Source of the DNA: Psilocybe cubensis
Taxonomy: Eukaryota
DNA: 64,000 bases
Reading direction: 5' to 3'
Assembly (NCBI GenBank): GCA_017499595.2
Contig: CM039000.1
Span: forward strand, 3,224,001-3,288,000
Shown piece by piece: positions 10,401 through 20,016 of this stretch (position 1 is its first letter; each line of letters opens with the position of its first letter). The notes beneath the pieces are model-generated. The model had not been told where the DNA came from. It worked only from the letters and a program-made list of their open reading frames with translations, and did not search any database. The translations under genes and the position numbers were made by a program.

Positions 10401-11065
10401 TTTTTAGTTTATTCCTCCTGAAGGCATGTCAGAGGAACAAGCTAAGACTATATATCCTCCTTACTATAGAAGAGAGGGTAAAAAGATCAAGACAAATTCA
10501 TGCACTATAACTCCTCGGGCATCAGCAGAATATCACCGCTATCTTGGTATTCATAATTTGTTGGATAATATTCTAAAAGATGTACTGATTTGGCAAGCTT
10601 TGCGTGTACGTTTTTATTCATATCTTGATCCAACTTATTGCTCATATGTTTTAGCTGGAACAATATCTTCCTAGAGAGTATGAGAAGATAAGGCGATTTG
10701 CAGACCGCCTACCTGGCCAAGACCGTTCATCAGCTTATCCCTTTCCAGGATTTGTTGTTAATATCAACAATGCAACTCTCATCCACCGCGATTGGCATGA
10801 TGATATATTGTGCATCATTATTGTTTTGGGTGATTGTATAGGAGGACACTTGGTCATCTATGAACTTGGATTGGTTCTTGCGCTAAAACATGGAGATATG
10901 GTAATATTCAGATCTTCAAAATTGACTCATTTCAATATGCATTTTTCTGGTCTTCGGGGGTCTTTGGTTTTCCACAGTGATGCTGCTGGGAAGATATGGT
11001 TAGAAAACCAGAATGGATGGTCTGATAATGTATATTTCTTTGGCGATGATGATGTTGTAGCATAA
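1413..11065 (+). CDS. TET/JBP-family 2-oxoglutarate/Fe(II) DNA dioxygenase with a long acidic/helical N-terminus; 9 exons, LTR retrotransposon inserted at the donor of intron 7
   Basis: Exons at about 1413-2377, 2435-2622, 2671-2784, 2835-3024, 3078-3576, 3625-3701, 3766-3970, 10408-10605 and 10655-11065 join in frame across GT-AG introns. The last exon reads GFVVNINNATLIHRDWHD...GGHLVIYELGLVLALKHGDMVIFRSSKLTHFNMHFSGLRGSLVFH, with HxD at 10784-10792, distal His at 10928 and 2OG-binding Arg at 10955. Confidence 0.85.
3972..4421 (+). repeat. 5' LTR (450 bp)
   Basis: TG...CA ends with an 8-bp terminal inverted repeat, TATAAATA at 4213-4220, and no difference seen from 9903-10352. Confidence 0.97.
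4424..4434 (+). promoter_or_regulatory. Primer-binding site, self-priming type
   Basis: AGATTGAAGCT, just after the 5' LTR, is the exact reverse complement of AGCTTCAATCT at 4247-4257, ~26 nt downstream of the LTR TATA box. There is no TGG tRNA-type PBS. Confidence 0.8.
4915..6024 (+). CDS. gag: Gag polyprotein (retrotransposon capsid plus CCHC zinc knuckle)
   Basis: 369-aa ORF with PDPFDG, LKQGRQTADEYVASF...LVDQFKAGLN, VPMEVD and CFKCRKPGHKAVNC. Confidence 0.95.
   Translation: MDMDPSQLPPTTPSVEELMHQVQLLTQELNFLRQQQQSLSTPPHPQQPVSQSPSPSPPPPPAALDIHSFPTPHVVPSCSHSAIKVSPPDPFDGSMEKAENFLSQLKLYFYGKGITDDFQKVICALSHMKGGTAGKWAYEKTKVIDNAQSQEGLWADFVYEFREVFADPDPSNTAKHKMHMLKQGRQTADEYVASFRALISDTGYNDAALVDQFKAGLNENLRNAVYYVPDMPKTLDGWIKWSTRLDRQWRQSEAFTKSLSSSSSSPFLKAPPPKAVPKPTPNPPVFSNSSSRTFGAQAKQPDVVPMEVDSGWKSVRPIVCFKCRKPGHKAVNCRSSVNINAMTHEELADYFGKLILEGQEQKDEEKKNF
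6015..6021 (+). promoter_or_regulatory. -1 ribosomal frameshift slippery heptamer A AAT TTT joining gag to pol
   Basis: An X XXY YYZ heptamer sits in the gag frame directly before the gag TAG. The -1 frame (LEAPLVKDM...) is open into pol. Confidence 0.75.
6021..9902 (+). CDS. pol: Pol polyprotein: aspartic protease, reverse transcriptase, RNase H, integrase, chromodomain
   Basis: LLDSGAT (PR); LVQDYRKLN and YMDDILI (RT); EADSSDYATGAVL and WTDHKNL (RH); HHD...GHPG...CDRC, SVDF, CDRGPQF, TERVNQ and GPY (IN); WEVEFI...QYLVKWKNYPNEECTWEP (chromodomain). Confidence 0.97.
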   Translation, partial: LEAPLVKDMSQWHRFNVLENEIDRLDPQSSDSGAEIMSSSSSLSTFPEKIYILNHNPKTSTHLSVILKTMDTEKRLSVDALLDSGATGLFLHSGFVKYHNLNTRKLPRAIPVYNVDGTLNKSGSIHEEVDLIMVHKNHTERATFAVCDLGDKSAIIGHTWLWHHNPDVDWKTGDVQFIRCPSDCQMEAKRARRKRQRIAAVKRRKLPQFDEEEEDSIEDSSDSEIEPEDRIFISYLHPQKQSINATSTMSQRLAEESHQQADSPKKTFEETVPKHYHQFKGVFSKESFDRLPDRKPWDHAIELKPGSEPYRSKIYPLSPNEQKELDAFLEENLKSGRIRPSKSPMASPVFFVKKKDGSLRLVQDYRKLNEMTIKNSYPLPLISDIITKLSKAKYFTKLDVRWGFNNVRIKKGDEWKAAFRTNRGLFEPLVMFFGLTNSPATFQTMMNDIFIELIDGNVVIVYMDDILIFTETLDHHREVVKQVLQILEQNKLYLKAEKCEFEKKKIEYLGLIISQGRIEMDPVKVEGVSKWPEPENVKDVQSFLGFVNFYRRFIEDFADIAKPLHELTKKGTVWRWSLRQQEAFDQLKKKVTSSPVLIFPDDNKPYKVEADSSDYATGAVLSQEGSDGKWHPVAFMSKSLSEVERNYEIHDKEMLAIIRALDEWRHYLEGTQHSFEIWTDHKNLEYFMVAQKLSRRQARWSLFLSRFDFTLHHRPGKRSLKPDALSRRPDHKKGENDNQNVVLLKPSYFKIQALKQGHATITGAENDLLKKIREAKEMDEKVVKAVQELKKSSTKKIEGQEWSEEQGLILYRGKVYVPKDKDLRRKIVELHHDAFIAGHPGKWKTIELVSRNYWWPGMSHFIAAYTRGCDRCNRTKTFPAKPLGLLIPTEIPSDVWQCISVDFIMGLPECQGYNAIMVVVDRLSKMIHIIPTTDEVTSEGTARLYRDYVWKHHGLPIKILCDRGPQFVSRFMKELNSILGIQTASSTAYHPQTDGQTERVNQEIEQYLRLFINHRQDDWVEWLALAEFSYNNRVQASTRQTPFMLNNGRHPRMGTEPLRDSKMDTVDTFVKNMEEARKEAESALRKAADDMAKFYNRHRGTPTQYKVGDLVWLDGKDLKTDRPSKKLDDKRYGPYKITKVISPNAYELKLPSTMKIHPVFNVVKLLPYHPDIVERKPPSRPPPVIQGENPEWEVEFIKDSRLFRNKLQYLVKWKNYPNEECTWEPAEHLKNASKAIKDFHAKHPSAPRRISAVTFDRLSFTPIINFTEPPPLLKPSKLTHPCAHCGKCALERG
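9890..9899 (+). promoter_or_regulatory. Polypurine tract
   Basis: AGAGAGGGGG lies 3 nt before the 3' LTR. Confidence 0.85.
9903..10352 (+). repeat. 3' LTR (450 bp)
   Basis: Direct copy of 3972-4421, followed by the TSD TAAGG. Confidence 0.97.
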
Positions 11066-11202
11066 TTACTATTCAGATGTTTGTACTGCCACCTGTCGGA
11101 TATTTAATTTCAAAGTCCGTTCACATGATGTCAACTTCGTCCGACACGTCTAAACTTGTATTCTACTTTTTTGGCATCCGTTCTCCAGGCTATCTTGTCA
11201 TA

Positions 11203-13281
11203 ATGCAAACCCGTTCTTTAAAAACAACAAGTTCAGCACCAGCCAAGCCTAAGGCTAAGCCCAAATCCAAGTCTACAAGTACATCAACAACGTCAAAAAA
11301 AGCTTCTTAGAAAAGCAAAGCATCGCAAGACGTTTCTAGTGGACAAAAAGGTAAGTATTGATTCTATCAATGTTCTGTTGTTAATATCTTGTTATTATAC
11401 TGTCAGATTCATCTATAACGTCAAATGAGCTAGCTATATTCCGGAAGGTCCAAGAACAAATGAAGTCTCAGCGTAAGCGTGCTCAAGACGCTGTAAATGA
11501 AGGTAGGTAAATTCCATTTATAAAATCCTACATTTATGCCATTTTCTTGTAGATATTCAAGACAGAAATATGCAGCTTCTTGCACAGCAGCAAGAAAAAG
11601 AAGATCATCCTAGTGAAGAGGAAGCTCGCCGTCCTGCCAAACGTACTCGCACTAGAACAACTCAACTTAGCGATGATGAGCAAGAACTAGCAAATTCATT
11701 AACACCTTTGTCTACTACACGACGCCAAACCACTATACGTCCATCTCCAAGCATAGAATCCGGAAATGAAGAAGACAACAATGATGATGATGATGATGAC
11801 GATGCAAAAGAATCCGCAATTCAACAGGAGAGAGACGGCAGTGATGAAGGAGATGCCAAAATGGACATTGATAATGGCAATATTGGAAATGAAGAAATGG
11901 TTCAGAGCAATAGAAGCTTTGACAACAATGGCGTACGTTTTACAACTTATTGATATCTATTACTCATGATTATTTCTAGATTGAGATCATTGATATTGAG
12001 GATGATTCTCGATCAGTAATATCTAAAATATCCGGCACATCTCGCTCAGCTAGCTCTGAGACTCCAGTACGATTTGCAAAGTCAGCCAAGGTTACTGAAA
12101 GTGATTTTCCTCCTTCCGTTTGGGAACTTGCTGTTGCCGCAAAGTCACACATCCGGTATGCCCTAATCAAAATTTCTCCCTTTCCTTATGCTACTCGGGC
12201 AGAGCGCGTAGAATTCATCTGGGATGTTATCAAAGCGACCTCCAAATTGAATAATAAAGCATTGGTTTCTGCATTCAAGCAAGCCGCTAATAACGAAGCT
12301 ATTAAGAAGAATCTTATTGCCTTTGTACGTATATACAAATCAACTCATTATATATTTGCTAATGTTTATTATAGACAATGTATGGACGGACTGCTTTAAT
12401 CAGCAATATCATTGGCAAGGCTAGAGACAAAGTTAAAGGATTCTACTCTTTAGGAGGCAATGCTACTGGCAATCATGACGATGGCTCTGTTGCTGAGGAT
12501 GTGAAATGGTTATTAGATCAGTCTCATTATGTTTATGGTGGCCTTGACGTCAAGGTATGACTTGATTTCTACCATATCAACTTACTAATTTAAATGCTTT
12601 AGAAACGAACTTATGACGCAAATAAACCTTTTCTTCATCCTCTTATTATTGAGCTTATTGAAGCACAATGGTTTCCATCATCGTATCGTTCAAAATCTGA
12701 TGTAGAAACAGCTACAAACATTATGAAAGACAAAATTATTCCATCGTCTGTTATTCTCTTAGTAGCCACAGCGGTAAGCTATATCATTCTTTATTCATAC
12801 TTATACTTAATTTTGATTTAGATTGAACATGCACTCAGAGAATGGTCTAATGGTCACAAGGCTTTTAATATTAACTTCGCCGAAGAAGGTTCTCGTCAAT
12901 GGTTATATTTTTTTCTGCATAATATTTATTATATTCTAAAATATTTTCATCTAGCTATCAACGTTTAGAAAGCAATTGGAAGACCATTGAGAAGAATGCT
13001 TATAAATGGTCTGTTTTCTGTCGTAAAAAGATTTTTAATGCAATTGCGTCAGTATTTTTTTTAATACCTTAATTCATACTAAGTATACTTTTGCTTTTCA
13101 TAGCGCAAACTACCAAGTTATAGGAGCCGCTCCTAGTGATATGTTAGCTCTTGATTTTGCTGCTTTAGATAAAATAGCCGAAGAAGATGGAAATGATGAA
13201 CCAGCACAAAGAGAAGATGAACACAATGGCAATAGTGGCAATGTTGGTAGTAATGGTAATAGTGGTGAAGTCGACAACTAA
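11203..13281 (+). pseudogene. Multi-exon DUF6532-like protein (basidiomycete, transposon-associated) with an in-frame TAG early in exon 1
   Basis: The spliced reading gives ...YGRTALISNIIGKARDKVKGFY...VKWLLDQSHYVYG...KPFLHPLIIELIEAQWF...VILLVATAIEHALREWSNG..., which I recognise as DUF6532-like. There is a stop at 11308-11310; a downstream ATG at 11460 could rescue translation. Confidence 0.65.
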
Positions 13282-13687
13282 TGGGCCAGATATGCTTATA
13301 GTTAATAAAGGGCAGCTATTTTAGATAAATCCTTCTTTAGAATTCTTTATTTGCGTATATTCATTTTAATCTGTTTTTAATTGCTTCATATATATATACT
13401 GCATTTGTAGCAAACAGGAGCGCTTTCAGCAATTACTTTTTTTATATATGATGTTTTAATACTTATAAAACATAGTATTTTAATTAGTAGATTGTGTTAA
13501 AGTAGCTTTATACTATATATAAAAGCTCAAACTGTATTTGATTGTTTTACAAAGCATTAAATCATTTGTATATGTGTTTTAGCCTTTATTTAAGTATATT
13601 CAAATATTCTAAAGATATTTATTATTGCTTTAAAGACAAAAATTATAATTTTAAAATATCTAAGTTTTGCAAAGAGGCATTGATGTT

Positions 13688-13747
13688 GCTTTGGAATGCT
13701 TTGGAATGCTTTGGTACGCTTTGGAATGCTTTGGAACACTTTGGGAA
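13688..13747. repeat. 10-bp tandem repeat GCTTTGGAAT x6 (possible subterminal repeat)
   Basis: Seen directly in the AT-rich tail after the DUF6532-like gene. Confidence 0.85.
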
Positions 13748-13951
13748 TATTTCAATTGCTTTATAATGCTTTAAGCTGTTTTAAGCTATTTTAAAATACT
13801 TTTGAATATTTTTAGCACTCCATTCTAAATCCACCTTGCTTTAGAGACTTCTAGATCCCTTTTTGTCTTTAGTGTCTTTAGTCTACCTAGGTGTACCTAA
13901 AGCAACTTAAATATACCTAGGGACAAAACCTATTTTCCTGATGTTTCTACA

Positions 13952-14324
13952 GGATATCTTGTGCACTGTCAACGCGCCACATGACTGCGCACAATATAAC
14001 TGCACAGCGAGTGGTGTTCGATATGTGTATCAAGAGCGCAAGGCAACAACCATCAAAACTCCAGTCATTGAACATAAAGTCAACCCTGACCACCGTGTTC
14101 TTAATATGGGGCAGATGCGCAATTCTATCCATCTGCAGCAATTTTGCGTTCCTGCACGACCGGTTCCTAACAAATTGGAAACAATACACAAAGCTGTTTC
14201 CCATACTATTGATACACGAAAGGCGGCAGCAACCAGCGGTCGTGCCACACGAGGAAGGGGGAAAGCGGCTCATAAACTTAAAGGGCAAGGCCACAGTCAA
14301 CATCGTGACATAGGCCAAGATTGA
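13952..14324 (+). pseudogene. 3' exon fragment of a basidiomycete transposase-like gene (possibly CACTA/EnSpm-related)
   Basis: After the acceptor TTTCTACAG it reads DILCTVNAPHDCAQYNC...VYQERKATT...IEH...VLNMGQMR, resembling C-termini of fungal transposase-like proteins. No upstream exons are adjacent. Confidence 0.5.
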
Positions 14325-15320
14325 CAGGCTAGTATTCCTAGTGTGTCTCCCCTTTCGCCACTTCCATCTGCACAGACTGCTGCTTCATCATTGCCACCAC
14401 CCTCGCCAGTGGTTTCCCAGGCCCAGCCATATCCTTACTTCTTTTGGCCATCAGCACCCTCTAATACAGCTTATCCACATTACAATCGACAACCACAGCA
14501 GTACCAAGGGTATACGATGCCATACCCTCAGCATTGGGTTCCCAATTCATCATTGTCGTGGGTTCCAATGCCCCATCTGCCGCCGCCAACTCAACACCCA
14601 GATGGTCGTTAAAGTCATGTGACTGGGGCTACCATTCTGTTGCTTTGCTTCTCTTTCTCTCACCACAGCTTGCCACCCCGCGACCCACTCTCCACTCTCT
14701 GCATACGCACCTCCGGCCCCCCGCAACCCACTCTCCCCTCTCTGCATATGCACCTCCGGCCTGTCCAGTTGTCAAGGTTGGAGTTTCACGGTGAGTTTTC
14801 AAGATTGTTTGAGGTCGTTTGCAAAGTTGATCAACCCCGCCCCGCTTGTCCTAGACCCTTGCTCGTCAAGGTAAGCCCAGCAGCAACACACTCCGTCACC
14901 ATTGATACTGATGGGACTTGTGCAGCGCTACTCGACATGGCCATGCGTGAGCGCTGCAACTCACTACTGCACAGAATGGTGATACGGCGAGTGATTCGGC
15001 AGCGGGCAGAGAGAGAGGACGCGGATTGAAGCATCTCCACTCTCTGCATACACACCTCCGGCCAACGACCCCTCTCCACTCTCTGCATACGCGCTGCCGG
15101 CCAATGACCCACGCAGGTCTTACTAAGAATGCTGCCACATTCACAACGTGTCTGGCAAACCTGGCACTCTTGCAGGTTGTGTCCCATCCCGTACCGGCCC
15201 CTTCACCGAGAATGCTGCTAACTGGGGTTGCAATGAATATCCATGGAAGGGGAGATATGTAAGGTGCACTTGTTTACTTTTCATACCAGTTTCTTTACTA
15301 AACAGACAATAGCATGCACC

Positions 15321-15450
15321 TGCCACTTGTCGACTACGCGCCGCGGCTGCCACTACTCCATCTGCTGCCACTTATCGACTACGCGCCGCGGCTGCCACTA
15401 CTCCATCTGCCCGCCTGCCACTATCTGACTATGCGCCGCGGCTGCCACTC
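15321..15450. repeat. ~46-bp tandem repeat x3 (TGCCACTT..GACTACGCGCCGCGGCTGCCACTACTCCATC)
   Basis: Seen directly. Confidence 0.85.
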
Positions 15451-16126
15451 CTTATATCAACAATGACACACGGAGGTCCTGAATGCCATCGCTATTTGAC
15501 ACACACTCAACACACTTGACAGCCTAGGGTGCAGCAGCCGGACTTCAACAACGTCCCCAGCAATCTGTGCAATGGCATCGCGTCCCCATTGCCTTGTGTC
15601 TTGTTCCTTCGCGTTGTGTCATTAGTCAATTACATTGTATTGTTTTAGTGCAGGATAGCTAGATAATTCAATGTTAATTAAGGATTACATAAAAGTGATA
15701 TCAGTATTGAGAAAAGTGCATAGCTAGAGGTTACTGCTAAGCCCTCTTCAGCACAACTTCCAGGTTTTTTAGCAGTTGGGGATGGTGTTGACAACTTAAG
15801 ATCCTCATCCGAGTCTGTCAATGATGTCAATTGTTTGAACTCCAATTTGGTCATGGGAAATTTGGGGGGCGAATCTCTTTTCTGTTGTTCACTCCCTTCC
15901 GCATTATACATATTGATTTTGGCCCTTCCCCTGAGCTCAAACGTGTTCGAACGCGCTCGGACGCGTTACTGACGCGTTGCGCGCCGTTTATTTGAAATCA
16001 ACAAGAAAATGTTGCACAGCTTTGGTCGGAACGGATAAAACCAAGAACTGCAGAGTGAGTGCAAATCCCGCTTTTGTTCAACATCTTCCTGCTCAGAACA
16101 CTGCTTTGTCAAGTTCAGCTCATCCA

Positions 16127-17748
16127 ATGTCAGCCGGATCAAACGCTTCCCCACCCTTTGAGCATCCAGTACAACCTGATAGTGTTGAACTATTTATTGA
16201 TACTCTCAGCCTTCAATTCGGGCTTACACCAGAACGCCACAATGATCTACACCTTTTATACTCTGTAAGAGACATTTCTTTTGAGTTATTGAAGTTCTCT
16301 GATTGGTTATTGCACTACTTCAGCTTGGAGCTGAGCAACAGATTCCGTTAGATTGCGCTTCTGCTCTGACTGGGATATTTGCACTTGCGTGTCAATTTTC
16401 CGTTGAACAGAAGATTCTCACCGCATTTGCATCAGTCAATGGTAGCCTGGGAGGACTAGATCTAAAGGGAACATTTGAAGAGCTACAAATCCGCCTGCAG
16501 AAAACATGGGAAATTACAAAAAATCAGAAGGTGCGTTTCATGTCTCAGTTTAAGGTGAACTTCGGTTCATTTTCTCTCTAGGAGGACCTTCGACACTTAT
16601 CGCAGCAGCATATATACATGCCCAAGTGCACATGCTTCAAGCTTCTCCATGTTGACGTTGAGGTGAGTATACATCTCCATAATCATTCATGTATGGACTC
16701 GGACTTACTCTATCCTTTATTATCTAGGCTGAAGTTAGCAAAGATGCCTCAAAGTATTCGATGCAAAATATATTCGGCAAACCCGCTCATGAGCTATGCT
16801 GGAGGTCAGAAGCAAAACGGGTGGCATCAAGCGTTCGGAATGCATTCCGACAAGATGTGAGTCTTATGTTCAGCAATGATGTGTACTAAATATTAAAAAT
16901 ACATATTGCTTTAGATTCGTGACAGCTTGTTTGGTCGCAAACGCTGCAGCCTCAAAAGGTTTACACAAGCATGTGCAGACAAATATCATCATGGGACACT
17001 GTTAGGCAGTCAAGAAGTCGAATATCAGATACGAAATGTTCTTTTGGTAAGTCTATTACGATATCAATTTACTGTCTATTTCTTATGTCCACTAAACAAC
17101 AACAATAGAGAAGATTTGCATACGAAAATAAAGAGCTTCTTGGCAAGGAAGAAAGCTTTCAAGATGACACCGAAGACAATGACTCTCACGCAGTAATGGG
17201 TAACAAGCGTCAAAAGGGTCTAAAAACGGTGGGTCGTATTCCGAACGGGGATGACTTTTGGGCCCAAGCAGATGATTGGTTTGAGAAGGGCTTTGAGCTG
17301 CGGGGTCAGAGCTTTACGACGGATGCATGGAAAGAGTATGTTTACAGTTTTGTACTTGAGTGTGTGTTTAATGTGCTAATTCATGTTTTTTACCTATAGA
17401 TATATTGATGAATCAAGGTCTCTCGATGACGAATGGCATAAAAATAATGGACGCAGCAGACAGCAGATCACCGACAGCAGTTCCACATCCGACCAATTTC
17501 CAGAGTTTACGCAAAGATCAGTGCACAATCGTTCTTCATCCCCTGACTTTACAACACAAACTTTACCACTGAATTTAACGTCCTCCTCACTTCCAACTCA
17601 ATCCAGTACATTTCTGGAACAGTCTTCATCACGGCATACACATAGCTCTATGGCCCGAACCTCTATAGTACAACAATATCTTTATAATAATTGTGGTCCG
17701 GATTATCAGGTCAGAGGTAATTGCAGCAGCGGTAGTAGTGGGGTGTAA
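16127..17748 (+). CDS. Multi-exon hypothetical protein, probably a transposon accessory gene
   Basis: Successive ORF pieces join across GT-AG introns (...LQKTWEITKNQK|EDLR...ASSVRNAFRQD|IRDSL...GRIPNGDDFWAQADDWF...AWKE|YIDES...). It lies on the same strand, downstream of the transposase-like fragment. Confidence 0.6.
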
Positions 17749-19484
17749 AGTTCTTATTCATTCTACTCTTTCTATATAATCATGTAATTAATGTAACAAA
17801 AAGCTTGCAACTTGTGAATGGGACAACCGACATTTGGATGGTGAATGTGGCAGTGCTAATCGTTTGTAATTGTTTGCTTAACCTTTGTGTGCATTTTGCA
17901 ACCGGGAAATGCTCTCTCCTCAATCCACCACTGCTGTTCCATGCCGTTTTTTCATTTTGTTTGTTTCTGCAGCTCCTGAATCTGTTCAGGCATGCATTTG
18001 GCATGCAAGCTGATTGTTGTGATTGCCCCTAGTTATGCAATTTCCCGTATGTGGGAACCATGTTCAATGGCACAATGGTCGCTTGAGCTTTTTCATGTAT
18101 ATTGTCCATGATTCTGCTCCGCTAACTGATACAGGGTCATGCGTAGATTCAATCAGTAATCGCTGTAAGCTGCTCCTCATTGTTTGTGTCTTATCTTGGC
18201 TAACTGGTCTTTTGGAAACAGATGGACAAGTTTAAGTGGCAGTAAGTCTATTCGCAATACTATGCTCCTATGCTTTTCAATACTGATTTAAGATACAGAC
18301 TTTTTGCTTGCATTGGGTGAACATCGTTGCTGCTCCAAGTCTTTCAATCTTTCTCAAGTTTTCCGGAGTAGAGAAGAACAGTCGAGATGGGCAGGAAGGA
18401 TTGTTGGGTGCAAGTAGAAGTACCATGGTGCGTATGATTGATCATTATTGCCTGCTTGTATGTGTACGTTGTAGATACCTCATTGAATGAATATTTATGT
18501 GTAAAAAAACTTCTGATCCTTCAAAATCGATGGAATCCGATAAGATTTGACTAATGTTGAGCGAATCTCAAAGCAAATCTACGTAAGAATATTCTCTACA
18601 GATTTTAAAATATTCTTAATTCATGGAAAATAACAAACTACTTGAGCTGAAGCCACTCAAGAATTGGTTATAATGATTTAGACCTGCCTTAAGGTACGTC
18701 GAGGCAATATGATTAGCCCCCTTGTTTTTTGAGAATTTCTTAAATCATATTAACCATCACCAATCAAAATCCGGGTCAAGATATTGTTCGTACCGAGGGT
18801 CACCTGTGTAACATGTAGTTATTCATCTGGTAGTAGGGATTATTTCTGGTACGCGCTATCTCTTTTTTCTTCAAGTAAATATTAGCACGCTTAGTCTAAA
18901 TAATGGAATATTAGTGGTCGAAGTCTTTATGAACAACACTGCAAGGCTTCAAGATAACAAAGCTTGAAAACAAAAGATAAAGCCCTAAACAAGGAGTCTT
19001 TTCAGCATATACCTAAATGACAGTTCCATGATTCTTTTATAATACTGAGCTAGATGAAATTTCCCCCAATATACTAGTTGCATAGATGCTCAGTGGCGGT
19101 CTCGGGGCCTGAAGGGTTAGAATAATAGAAAAACTGTACACGTGAACTACGCAAGAACTACGGCACGATGTCAAGTGCCGGCTTGGACGCCACTGTACAA
19201 GAACCTCCTTACCCGGTGTAGACACGAGGCAGGAATTGGGGCTAAAACGTCGCTCTGAAAGCGAAGACCAGCATATACAGTTGACTTTTTCATAATGCAT
19301 ACCGGTTGTAACGGCCAAAAGCTTAGTCTCATTCCCATCTGTTATAGGGCACGATCTCCCCTCCTGCAAGAGGCCCGGGACTAATAGGCGGAGATCAAAG
19401 TCGGAGTCAAAAATTCTGCAAAATCTGATCGGGAAGATGTGCCCTATAACATCTGGTGCAATTGCATCAGTAAAGATGCGGACA

Positions 19485-20016
19485 TGTCACGCCGTGCTCA
19501 CGCATCGACTTGACGCCGTCTAAGTCAGGATTTTTGGTCCAAGGACAACAGTTCTCTTTGTTTGAATATTATATCTTGCCATATCTCTAATCTCAAGTAT
19601 GTAAAGTGCCCAGTTGCGGCCGAAAATGTTATAAAATTTCCGTTGGAAGGCTCTAGCCCGTGTACAGGTACTAACCTCAAGTGTTAAGTGTGAAGATCTA
19701 ATATACTTAGGCTGAATGGGACAGTAGAATTAGGGTAGAAAGCAAAGGTTTGATGTTACAGCATTACCAGGCCGGGTACTCACTCTGCGAGTTCACACTC
19801 CTTGAAATTGTCAGTTAGGAGTGGATGCACCAAGACATCAAAATAAGGCTAGCTTAATTGGATTGCACTGAAATCAAATAATATTGTATTTATTGTCATC
19901 CAGTAAGTCTAAGAGTGATTATTGGTGAGTAAATTGTCTATTAACAAGGAGAACGGGGAGTATGAGGAGCATTGATTGAGCGATAAAAAGAGTGTGAGAG
20001 TGTGACTGATGTGACA
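19485..20016. mobile_element. Possible solo LTR (532 bp)
   Basis: Begins TGTCAC and ends GTGACA, and splits a perfect 39-bp palindrome. Only a 3-bp ACA duplication flanks it. Confidence 0.45.

Larger units (their letters stand above)
1..13940. mobile_element. Probable right-hand part of a large TET/JBP-carrying DNA transposon (KDZ- or Plavaka-type); transposase and left end not in the window
   Basis: TET/JBP and DUF6532-like genes lie in tandem, followed by an AT-rich tail with 10-bp repeats and an abrupt junction into a 3' fragment of an unrelated transposase-like gene. Linkage of mushroom TET/JBP genes to KDZ and Plavaka transposons is established. The right boundary is approximate. Confidence 0.5.

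Noticed and set aside
14343-15262. Pro-rich and overlapping short ORFs after the transposase fragment
   Set aside because: Degenerate TE interior with local repeats (CTCCACTCTCTGCATAC); no coherent gene model, although 14343-14612 may be a decayed last exon.
19133-19199. 8-bp direct repeat ACTGTACA around a small CGGCAC/GTGCCG hairpin (possible Helitron end or mini-insertion)
   Set aside because: No CTRR terminus or TIRs; too short to distinguish from chance.
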